In this document: one piece after another, positions 1 through 8,194 of the stretch
Layout: each line of letters starts with the position of its first letter
Position numbering within the stretch: the first letter of the stretch is position 1
DNA from: Desulfobacterales bacterium
GTDB taxonomy: Bacteria > Desulfobacterota > Desulfobacteria > Desulfobacterales > UBA5852
Direction: 5' to 3'
DNA length: 64,000 nt
Assembly: GCA_963674755.2 (NCBI GenBank)
Contig: CAXXVS010000002.1
Span: forward strand, 352,001 to 416,000
Position numbers and translations under genes: made by a program
The notes under the pieces: model-generated
Databases searched by the model: none
The model's input: only the letters and a program-made list of their open reading frames with translations
Told to the model about the DNA's origin: nothing

Positions 1-340
1 TGCCGGCGGCGTCGAATTGAATGAAGTCGTTGAAAAGCACGCGATAGTCTCCATAGCCGTTGCTTTGGGTCGTGCCCGCCGAGCCGATGGTGTTCTGAAA
101 ATCACTCCAGGTGCCGCTGTCGGAGGGGGCGGTCTGGCGAAAGGCGCCGATCATACTGTCTGCCACCGTTTGCAGGGCGGTCTCAGACGCCAGGCGCTTC
201 ATGGGCGTGCTGCTGTGCGTGACAGCACTGCCCAGGTATTGCATCATGATGCTGCCCAGAATAAGGGCCACCAGCAAGGTGATGATGACCTCCACCAAGG
301 TGAAACCGTTGCGGTTCGTGGTGTCATGGGGGGCCGTCAT
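1..340 (-). CDS. Prepilin-type N-terminal cleavage/methylation protein (minor pilin, MshD-like); 3' end runs off the window
   Basis: Not in the ORF track. Manual translation from ATG at 340 (ATGA overlap with the upstream stop) gives MTAPHDTTNRNG|FTLVEVIITLLVALILGSIMMQY..., a class III signal peptide with E5. Confidence 0.85.
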   Translation of the reverse strand, partial: MTAPHDTTNRNGFTLVEVIITLLVALILGSIMMQYLGSAVTHSSTPMKRLASETALQTVADSMIGAFRQTAPSDSGTWSDFQNTIGSAGTTQSNGYGDYRVLFNDFIQFDAAG

Positions 341-801
341 GGGATAAATCCCGTCAATCGTGTAACGATGATGGATTCGGTACCGATCGTGATGGTGACG
401 TTATCCGGGCCCGGGCTTCCCCACTCATCAAACAAAACGGTGCCGATGCCTCCCGTGATGGTTACAGTGCTTGGCAGATTGTGGGTGGAGGAAGTGTCGT
501 TGGGCAGCGGGATGCCGGCCGGTGAACCATTCAGCAAAAGCGTATAGGAATGGGGTGTGAAGGTGATCCCCCAGCGCTCTGTATTGTTGCCCATGGCCAA
601 CGACTGGGCAAATCGCAGGTGCGAACGGACGATGGCCGCCTGGGCGTAAGCATTCCGTTCGATCGAAGGGGTTCGGGTGAGAATCTCGGTCATGATGACA
701 GCCAATACCAAAAGAACGGCCAGGATCTCAATCATGGTGAAGCCATCGGGACAACCAGCTACGGCTGTTCGTTCAGCTGCGCTCGGGGATGTCTTGTGCA
801 T
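337..801 (-). CDS. Minor pilin/pseudopilin (MshC/FimT-like)
   Basis: G|FTMIEILAVLLVLAV class III signal, then the 'LRFAQSLAM' helix and 'VLFDEWGSP' typical of GspH/FimT-like proteins. Start trimmed to ATG 801. Confidence 0.8.
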   Translation of the reverse strand: MHKTSPSAAERTAVAGCPDGFTMIEILAVLLVLAVIMTEILTRTPSIERNAYAQAAIVRSHLRFAQSLAMGNNTERWGITFTPHSYTLLLNGSPAGIPLPNDTSSTHNLPSTVTITGGIGTVLFDEWGSPGPDNVTITIGTESIIVTRLTGFIP

Positions 802-1014
802 CCGGTTTTCGCCTACGTCGTGAATCAATGGGAATCCCAATGGCGGCCTCGGGGGTAATGGACTTGATGCCATACCAGCTGTCATAGCGATATATGGATC
901 CTATCATTGATGTACTGACTTTTCCAGACATGCGTGGCAGAACGGAAGACGGATTTGCGATCCGAGGCGTCGCGCAATTTCCATAGGGGGATGAGAACCA
1001 GCTGAGGTTCAGGC

Positions 1015-1392
1015 TTAGCGTGACCAACGCCCGGCCGACAGGGATGTGGAAGGGGTCCTGGTCAGCGCGGCTGTGGCGGATCCAAACCGAAGCGTCCCCC
1101 CGCCTGCTGTGGGGGCGGTGGGCCATTGGTAGCCCGAACCCAGGTCGACGTCCATCCGGCTGAAAGTGGCGGCATCGTTCGGCCAGCCCCCGTTCGACAG
1201 CACGAGGTTGGCCCACACAAGGCTTTCGCGCTGGTTCAGTTCAGCCACGCCGAGATCGAGGGAGCGTTGGTCGGCGCTGGCGGCGACATCGATAAAACGG
1301 GGTACGGCCACGGCCGCCAGGATACCCAAAATGACCAGAACGGCGATAATTTCAATCAAGGTAAAGCCCCTCGGGTTACCCAAGGGGCGCAT
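1015..1392 (-). CDS. Type IV pilin, second paralogue (MshA/PilA-like)
   Basis: MRPLGNPRG|FTLIEIIAVLVILGILAAVAVPRF; clearly paralogous to 1529..1945. Confidence 0.9.
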   Translation of the reverse strand: MRPLGNPRGFTLIEIIAVLVILGILAAVAVPRFIDVAASADQRSLDLGVAELNQRESLVWANLVLSNGGWPNDAATFSRMDVDLGSGYQWPTAPTAGGGTLRFGSATAALTRTPSTSLSAGRWSR

Positions 1393-1528
1393 CAGGGGCT
1401 TGGATTCCAATTTGTGCGCAGAGCTTCCTTTTGGCTTGCAGCGACGCATCCCGGCAATCTTTGACGGCTCACCGCGGCTACCGGGAATACCTATCGATGC
1501 TGCGAACGGTTGGTTTGGCGATGATTCC

Positions 1529-1945
1529 CTATTGTCGCTGCCAACGGCCGGGAGACGTGCTGGTGGAGGCCGTGCGATCCAATACGGCGGTGGCGTTGGT
1601 GTTGTTGTCGTAGACCAGAGTTCCCCCCGTTGCAGTCGGTGCGCCGCCACTCCATGAATAGGGATCGCCCAGATCATAAATCTCCGTGCCGAAAACATCC
1701 GTATCAGCTGCCCATCCGCTGCTGGACAATTTAACATCTGCCCAGCGCAGCGTCTCCCGACCGTTCAACTCGGCAATGCCGGCATCCAGGGCCCGCTGCT
1801 GGGCATTGTCGGTCAAATCGATATAACGCGGCACGGCCACCGCTGCCAGAATGCCCAGAATGATCAGCACCGCAATGATTTCAATCAGGGTAAAGCCGGA
1901 CTGGTCCGCTAGTATTGATCGCCGTTTCATGGTGTTGGCCTCCAT
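1529..1945 (-). CDS. Type IV major pilin candidate (MshA/PilA-like); start 1945 or 1930
   Basis: QSG|FTLIEIIAVLIILGILAAVAVPRY; AAGGAG and GGAGG RBS motifs; first gene after a candidate sigma54 promoter. Confidence 0.9.
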   Translation of the reverse strand: MEANTMKRRSILADQSGFTLIEIIAVLIILGILAAVAVPRYIDLTDNAQQRALDAGIAELNGRETLRWADVKLSSSGWAADTDVFGTEIYDLGDPYSWSGGAPTATGGTLVYDNNTNATAVLDRTASTSTSPGRWQRQ

Positions 1946-2056
1946 GCCATCTCCTTGGAGTTGACTCCGTTATGGATGAATCTTCTCATTCCGCCATCCG
2001 TTCCCTATGCCGTCGGCAACTCCGCAGGTATGGCGCCTCAATCAGTGGCGAGTTAG

Positions 2057-2072
2057 AGCAAAATGTATACCG
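2057..2072 (-). promoter_or_regulatory. Candidate sigma54 -24/-12 promoter for the pilin genes
   Basis: Minus strand CGGTATACATTTTGCT = GG-N10-GC with TTGCT at -12; AT-rich tract at about 2120-2160 upstream. Confidence 0.6.
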
Positions 2073-2205
2073 TCCGCGGTCATCCCGATGCAAAAATTGC
2101 GAAAGTTGCCGTTTGATCTGCTTAATATTTGAAATAATACCTCATTTTAAGTTATTTGGGCAGCGTGAATCAAGGCCGAACCTCCAAATATTGTAGCGGG
2201 ATCCA

Positions 2206-3546
2206 TCACCTTTTGTTGGGTTTAAGGGCCGTCACATCGATCTGGTACTTCTTGATGCGATGCCACAGGCTGCGTTGATTAATCCCCAGATCTTCGGCGG
2301 CTCTGACCTGGACGCCCTGGGTATGTTTTAGGGCGTCGATGATCAAGCTTTTTTCAATTTCCTTTAGTTTGTCATCGAGGGACAGGGGCGCGTCGTTCTG
2401 CCGATCCACCATAGGCGTGTGAGCGAATACCCGCGCCATGTTGTCCGGCAGATGGGCGACGTCGATATTCTGCCCCTGGCTGAGGACGGCCGCCCGCTCG
2501 ACCGTGTTCTGGAGTTCGCGGACATTGCCAGGCCAGGCGTAGCCGATCAGGCGCTGCAGGGCTTCGGAAGAAATACGGACCTCAGGTACAGTTTGTGCCA
2601 GAAAGTCGTCCACCAGCAGGGGGATGTCCTCCTTGCGTTCGCGCAAGGGGGGCAGCTGCAGCGCAAAGACATTGATACGGTAATAGAGATCCTCCCGGAA
2701 ACGGCCCTCGGCGACCATCTCGGCCAGATCCTGGTTGGTGGCGCAGATGATGCGGACATCCACCTGGACCGTCCGGGTACCCCCCACCCGGTCGAACTCT
2801 TTCTCCTGGAGGACCCGCAGGATTTTGGCCTGCAGTGCCAGGGGCATGTCTCCGATTTCATCGAGAAAGACGGTACCGCCATTGGCCAGTTCGAATTTGC
2901 CTGATTTGCGGGCCGTGGCGCCGGTAAAGGCCCCTTTCTCATGGCCGAACAACTCGCTTTCCAACAGGTCGGGGGGAATGGCGACGCAATTGAGCTTGAT
3001 GAAGGGGGCTTGTTTGCGCCGGCTGTTGCGATGGATGCTGGAGGCCACCAGCTCTTTGCCGGTGCCGCTTTCGCCGAGAATGAGCACCGTGGAATCCGTG
3101 GGCGCCACCATCTGGATCCGGCGCAGGAGTCCCCGCATGACACGGCTGTCGCCGATGATCTCGGGGAAGAGCTGGCGCGCATCCAGTTTGGTCAATACGT
3201 CTTCGACCCGCTCGAACACATTTTTAAAGTGTTTGATCTCATCCACTTGTTTGCGGCGGTATTGTTCGTCTTCCGGGCGCGATATCACCGGGATGTCATT
3301 GGCGCGTCGCACAAACTGTTTTACCGGCAGGAGCAGGAGGCGTGTCACCACAAGTCCGCAGAAAAAACTGGCCAGGGCAAAGAGCAGGGCCCACAAGTGC
3401 ACCTGCAAGCTGCCGTCCTGGCCCATGCGGTAATAGTGTTGGGCCACCACGAAGGTCAGCAGGGCCGACAAAAAGGCGATGCCGGCAAAAATGGCCGGGA
3501 CAATGACATACAGACTGATGTGATAGCGAATATCTTTGATGGCCAC
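2206..3546 (-). CDS. Membrane-anchored sigma54-dependent activator (2 TM + HAMP-like + AAA+ + Fis HTH)
   Basis: Two N-terminal hydrophobic helices, HAMP-like 'DEIKHFKNVFERV', Walker A GESGTGKE, GAFTGA, FLDEIGD, WPGNVREL, C-terminal HTH; no receiver domain. Confidence 0.92.
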   Translation of the reverse strand: MAIKDIRYHISLYVIVPAIFAGIAFLSALLTFVVAQHYYRMGQDGSLQVHLWALLFALASFFCGLVVTRLLLLPVKQFVRRANDIPVISRPEDEQYRRKQVDEIKHFKNVFERVEDVLTKLDARQLFPEIIGDSRVMRGLLRRIQMVAPTDSTVLILGESGTGKELVASSIHRNSRRKQAPFIKLNCVAIPPDLLESELFGHEKGAFTGATARKSGKFELANGGTVFLDEIGDMPLALQAKILRVLQEKEFDRVGGTRTVQVDVRIICATNQDLAEMVAEGRFREDLYYRINVFALQLPPLRERKEDIPLLVDDFLAQTVPEVRISSEALQRLIGYAWPGNVRELQNTVERAAVLSQGQNIDVAHLPDNMARVFAHTPMVDRQNDAPLSLDDKLKEIEKSLIIDALKHTQGVQVRAAEDLGINQRSLWHRIKKYQIDVTALKPNKR

Positions 3547-3564
3547 GATGATCTCATTTCCGGT

Positions 3565-4785
3565 TTAATGATACATTTTCGTGAGATCCGCAATCGGCAG
3601 AAAAATGGCCACGGCAAAGAAGCCCACCATGACCGCCAGCGAGATGATCAGAATCGGACCGATGGCGTTGGTCATTTTTTTGATGGCATATTCCAGTTCC
3701 TCGTCATAATGCGCGGCGACTTCCTCCATCATCTCTTCCAGATTGCCGGATTCTTCGCCCACCGCCACCATGTTGACCACCATGGGGGTGAAATAGCGGG
3801 CCTTGCGAAGGGGAGCCGCGATGCCGCGTCCTTCTTCGAGCATTTCCCGGATGCGGTCGAATTCCCGGGAGATGGCCGCATTGCCGATGGTATCGGACAG
3901 GATGGTCATGGATTCCAGGATGGCGATCCCGCTGGACTGCAGGATGCTGAAAATCGATGAAAACCGCGACATGGCCGATTTGACCACCACCGGCCCGATG
4001 ATCGGCGTTTTGATCAGCAGATAGTCCCGTATATACCGTCCTTGAGCGGTGCGCAGATAAGCGTAGCCGGCCACCAAGGCCAGCAAAAAAGCAGCGATCA
4101 GAAGGCCGCCATAGATGGTTAAAAACTGATACAATTGCATGGCAATCTGGGTCGGCAGGGGAAGGGCCACCCCGCTCCTGGAGAGGATGGTGACAAATTT
4201 GGGCAAGACGACGCCCAGGAGAATGAAAAAGGCCACCACCAGCATCCCCAGCACGAAGACCGGATAAAACATGGCGGAGCGGATATCGGAGCGCACTTTC
4301 TGTTCGTGCGCCAGAATATATTTCAGTCGCTCCATGACTTGGGGCAGGGAGCCGCTGACTTCGCCGGCATGGATCATGGCGCAGTAGAGCGGCGAGAAGA
4401 CCGCCGCGTGCTGCCGGAAAGCGTCGTAGAGCCGGGCGCCTTCCTTGATGCTTTGCCGCATGGCGGCAATCACTTTCTCCAACCGCGGATTTTCCGTTTG
4501 CGCGATGAGGATGTCCAGCATGACCATCATCGGTACCCCGGCCCGGAAGAGCGTGCTGAACTGCTTGGTGAACAAAATCAGATCCGCGGTCGGGATATGG
4601 TTGAACCAGTGCTGCAGCGCGGGCAGCCGCGGACCCTGCCAGCCGTGGCTGCGTTCCTGCACACGGGAGGGCAAAAAACCGCGTCCGTTGAGCAGCTCGG
4701 CGGCCGCCTCGGCGGATTCGGCCTCCACAAAGCCTCTGAGGGTTTCCCCCTTTTCGTTGATGGCTTGATAGGCGTAAGTCGGCAT
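3565..4785 (-). CDS. pilC: Type IV pilus/T2SS inner-membrane platform protein (PilC/MshG/GspF)
   Basis: MPTYAYQA start, 'FTKQFSTLFRAGVP', 'AGEVSGSL', 'VGEESGNLEEM'; two GspF repeats. Confidence 0.93.
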   Translation of the reverse strand: MPTYAYQAINEKGETLRGFVEAESAEAAAELLNGRGFLPSRVQERSHGWQGPRLPALQHWFNHIPTADLILFTKQFSTLFRAGVPMMVMLDILIAQTENPRLEKVIAAMRQSIKEGARLYDAFRQHAAVFSPLYCAMIHAGEVSGSLPQVMERLKYILAHEQKVRSDIRSAMFYPVFVLGMLVVAFFILLGVVLPKFVTILSRSGVALPLPTQIAMQLYQFLTIYGGLLIAAFLLALVAGYAYLRTAQGRYIRDYLLIKTPIIGPVVVKSAMSRFSSIFSILQSSGIAILESMTILSDTIGNAAISREFDRIREMLEEGRGIAAPLRKARYFTPMVVNMVAVGEESGNLEEMMEEVAAHYDEELEYAIKKMTNAIGPILIISLAVMVGFFAVAIFLPIADLTKMYH

Positions 4786-4793
4786 GGGCTATC

Positions 4794-6503
4794 CTAAACC
4801 ATCACGGCCGAGGCCGCCTCTTCCATTGTGGTGATTCCGCGTACCACCTTTTCAAAGGCATCTTCCCTGAGAAGCCGCAGGTGACCGGCTTGGTGGGCGT
4901 GGCGCGTGATGTCGTGGGAGGCGCTGCTTTTGACGATCATATCCCGGATGATGTCATCGATTAAAAGGATTTCGTAAATGCCGATGCGTCCCCGGTAGCC
5001 GGTATCCTGGCAGTGAAAGCAGCCCCGCCCCTTAACGAAGCGGGCATCCTCGGGCGGGTTCAAACCCCAGAAGGCAAGCGCCTCCGCCGAGGGGCGCACG
5101 GGTTCGCTGCAATTGGGGCAGACCCGTCGCACCAGCCGCTGGGCAAATGAGACGAGCATCACCGAGGCTACCAGAAACGGTTCGATGCCCATATCCACGA
5201 AACGGGTGATGGCGCCGGCCGCATCGTTGGTGTGGACCGTGCTCAGGACCCGGTGGCCGGTAAGCGCCGCCTGCACGGCGATGTTGGCCGTCTCGCGGTC
5301 GCGAATCTCACCCACCATGATGACATCGGGGTCCTGGCGCAAAATGGAGCGCAACCCGCTGGCAAAGGTCATCCCGGCCTTGCGGTTCAATTGGACCTGG
5401 CGGATTTTTTCAATGCGGTATTCCACCGGATCTTCGACTGTCAGAATGTTGATGTCCGGCTGGTTGATCTTTTTCAGAATGGAATAGAGACTGGTACTCT
5501 TGCCGCTTCCGGTGGGGCCGGTGCTGAGAATCATACCGTAGGGTTTGAAGATGACCGCCTCGATCTTGCGGCGATCCTCGTCCGCCATCCCCAGGGTTTC
5601 CAGAGTGTGGATGCCGGAACTGGTGTCCAGCAGACGCAGTACCAGATTTTCGCCATAGATCGTGGGGATGGTCGACGCCCGGATGTTGATTTCCTTGTTG
5701 TTCAGCTTGACGGTAAAACGGCCGTCCTGGGGAACCCGGGAGGTGGCGATATCCATATTGGCCAGAATCTTTAAGCGGGAGATGATGTGCAGCAGCATGG
5801 ACTTCGGGGGGGCGGGCACATTGTGCAATTTGCCGTCCACCCGGAAACGGACCTGGACCGAATCCTTCTCGGGACTGATGTGGACATCACTGGCCCCCTC
5901 GCGCACGGCCTGGGACAGAATCGAGTTGACCAGCCGGACCACGGGCGCCTCTTCAGCCATATCCTGCAGGGAGCTGACCTCCACATCTTCCATGGAGATG
6001 GCGGTCTCGGAGGTGGCCTCCGTGTCGTACTGCATTTCCTCCATGTCCTCCAGCACATCACCGATGACGGTGTAAGTGCCATAGAGGCTGCTCATGATCT
6101 GATTGAGTTCCTGCTCGGTGCAGATAATGGCTTCGGCTTCCATCCCGGTGGCGTCTTCGAGGACATCCAGGGCTTCGATGTCGAGGGGATCCGTCATGGC
6201 AATCGTGAGCAGGCGGTTTTCGCGTCGGATGGGCACCATCTGGTGCTTCTGGGCGGTTTCCGCCGGAAAGGTGCCGGCCAGGGTGATATCGATGGGATAG
6301 CGCGCAGCGTCGTACTTGGCGATGCGCAGCTGGCGAGAAATCAGATCGACGATCTGGGACTCGCTGACCACACCTTCCCGGATCAGGTACTGCCCGAGGC
6401 GCAGTTTGCTTTTGCTTTGGTTGAGAACGGCCTGGTTCAGCTGGAATTCGGTCATCAGGCCTGCTTCCACCAGCATTGAGCCGAGTTTTTTTCTGTCGCG
6501 CAC
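4794..6503 (-). CDS. pilB: Pilus assembly ATPase (PilB/MshE/GspE) with N-terminal MshEN domain
   Basis: GPTGSGKST, EDPVEY, LRQDPDVIMVGEIRD, TGHRVLSTVHTN, two CxxC zinc motifs; tandem K/RLG motifs at the N-terminus. Confidence 0.95.
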   Translation of the reverse strand: MRDRKKLGSMLVEAGLMTEFQLNQAVLNQSKSKLRLGQYLIREGVVSESQIVDLISRQLRIAKYDAARYPIDITLAGTFPAETAQKHQMVPIRRENRLLTIAMTDPLDIEALDVLEDATGMEAEAIICTEQELNQIMSSLYGTYTVIGDVLEDMEEMQYDTEATSETAISMEDVEVSSLQDMAEEAPVVRLVNSILSQAVREGASDVHISPEKDSVQVRFRVDGKLHNVPAPPKSMLLHIISRLKILANMDIATSRVPQDGRFTVKLNNKEINIRASTIPTIYGENLVLRLLDTSSGIHTLETLGMADEDRRKIEAVIFKPYGMILSTGPTGSGKSTSLYSILKKINQPDINILTVEDPVEYRIEKIRQVQLNRKAGMTFASGLRSILRQDPDVIMVGEIRDRETANIAVQAALTGHRVLSTVHTNDAAGAITRFVDMGIEPFLVASVMLVSFAQRLVRRVCPNCSEPVRPSAEALAFWGLNPPEDARFVKGRGCFHCQDTGYRGRIGIYEILLIDDIIRDMIVKSSASHDITRHAHQAGHLRLLREDAFEKVVRGITTMEEAASAVMV

Positions 6504-6523
6504 GCCTTCAGGCTCCTCTCAAG

Positions 6524-8194
6524 TCAAGAAGGGGATGCGGTGATGTCGCTCACCGTCCGGAAAGGATCGTTGAAAAATACCGCATCGTCATGCCATAGCG
6601 ACCGCACGGCGGCCCCGGTCCGATCGGCGGCGGGAAGCATCTGCGCAAGGGTGTTTTCAGCCACCTGGCGGTCATAGAAACAGCCCGGCCGGATCAACGC
6701 AAATACCAACCCCTGGTCCTGATGCCAGTAGGGGATCAGGCGTGCCGCAAGCCCTGCCCGCCGCTTTTGTTTTAATGCCGCGACGGCCTGGTCGAGCCGG
6801 GGGTAGGCCCCCAGCTGGATCCACCATACCGGCACCTGCAGAGGGCGCACGGCGGCCGGCAAGGCCGGAAAATGAATGACGTCGCCGACATTCAGCCGAT
6901 CCGGGTCCGGAATGTGGGGATTGGCCGCGGCGATGACATCCAGATAGCCGGGCGTGAAGCGCCCGTAAATGATTTGAATGAGTTGGCCCAGGGTTTCCCG
7001 GGGGGCAATGGTTAGTCTTCCCAACCGGGCCGGTAAGGCCTGTCCAAGGGGTGCGCTGGCGGCTGATTCAGGTTCGGAGGGCGGCCTTTGGGAAGCTAAG
7101 GCCGGTGCGGGGCCGACCTGGAGGGCCTCCGTCATCCGGAGGCTGGCGGCGGGTGACGGCGGCGACGAGAGTTCGGCCGTTTGGGACCGGCGAGTCGTCA
7201 GGGGGACCGCCTCTGGCGTGACCGGGGTGCCGGACGGTGCCCTCACAGCGTTTGTCCCGGTTTTCAGGCCGTCAAGGGATCGCGCAATCCATGTCCGGGG
7301 GGCCACAGACAGGAGGACGATCAACGCCGCGGCGCCGGCCACAGCTCCCCAGCGCCAGTGCGTAGGCGATGGGTGGGGGCGTGTCCGGCGGGCGCAGGTG
7401 CGCACGAGCTGCCAATTGGCCCGCCGCCGGTTCTGGATGATCAGCGCCAAGAGGACCCGGTGGCAGAGATGAATAATCCGGCGGGGATAGCCGCGGGTTG
7501 CCATAAAAATGGCCGCCAGGGCGGGTAACGTGAACAGACGTCTGGCAGAACCGCCGCCGGAGGCCTGAATCCTGAAATGAATCAGGGACAGGGTATCCTG
7601 AAAGCCCAGGGGGTGGAGATCGAGGCACACGTTGATGCGGTCGGCAAAATTGGGGTGGTCGGCAAGGGTACGCTCGAATTCGCGCTGGGCGAAGATGACG
7701 ATTTGAAGCAGCTTGTAGGCATTTGTCTCGTAGTTGAGGAATTCTCGCAGGACTTCGAGACAGGGCGGGGTGATCTTTTGTCCTTCATCGATGATCAGGA
7801 CGGTGGTGCAGCCCTCTGCCACGCCCTTCTCAAAGAGGAATTGTTTGATGGTCTCTTTTTTCTGGTGGTCGGTCCGGTCGGCAGGGGGCATCCGGCCCGA
7901 GAACTGTTCCACCACCGACGATAGAAAACGGCCGACTGAATCGGCACCCGGATCGAGCAGCAGAAAGGTGGCGATGCCACTTTCTCCATTGAACTTTCGG
8001 ATCAATTCCCTGCAAAGCGTGGTTTTGCCGGTGCCCACGTGGCCGATCACGACATTGAGTCCCCGGCGCAGGCGGATGGCCAGCTCCAATTGCTGAAGGC
8101 AGCCCGTGTGCTGAACGGACCGGTAGAAAAAATCGGGATCCGGTGAATTGGAAAACGGCTCCCGTTCAAGATCCAGTATGTCGAAATAGTCCAT
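6524..8194 (-). CDS. ExeA/GspA/MshM-like AAA ATPase with TM, LysM and SPOR-like domains
   Basis: 'LEREPFSNSPDPDFFY', GHVGTGKTT, IIDEGQ, 'TRGYPRRI'; then TM, LysM-like 'AAANPHIPDPDRLNVGDVIHFP', SPOR-like 'WWIQLGAY'. Confidence 0.88.
   Translation of the reverse strand: MDYFDILDLEREPFSNSPDPDFFYRSVQHTGCLQQLELAIRLRRGLNVVIGHVGTGKTTLCRELIRKFNGESGIATFLLLDPGADSVGRFLSSVVEQFSGRMPPADRTDHQKKETIKQFLFEKGVAEGCTTVLIIDEGQKITPPCLEVLREFLNYETNAYKLLQIVIFAQREFERTLADHPNFADRINVCLDLHPLGFQDTLSLIHFRIQASGGGSARRLFTLPALAAIFMATRGYPRRIIHLCHRVLLALIIQNRRRANWQLVRTCARRTRPHPSPTHWRWGAVAGAAALIVLLSVAPRTWIARSLDGLKTGTNAVRAPSGTPVTPEAVPLTTRRSQTAELSSPPSPAASLRMTEALQVGPAPALASQRPPSEPESAASAPLGQALPARLGRLTIAPRETLGQLIQIIYGRFTPGYLDVIAAANPHIPDPDRLNVGDVIHFPALPAAVRPLQVPVWWIQLGAYPRLDQAVAALKQKRRAGLAARLIPYWHQDQGLVFALIRPGCFYDRQVAENTLAQMLPAADRTGAAVRSLWHDDAVFFNDPFRTVSDITASPS

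Noticed and set aside
1015..1945. Electrically conductive (Geobacter-type) e-pilins
   Set aside because: The mature pilins are full length (about 116-121 aa) with about 8% aromatic residues by hand count and long aromatic-free stretches; conductivity is not supported by sequence.
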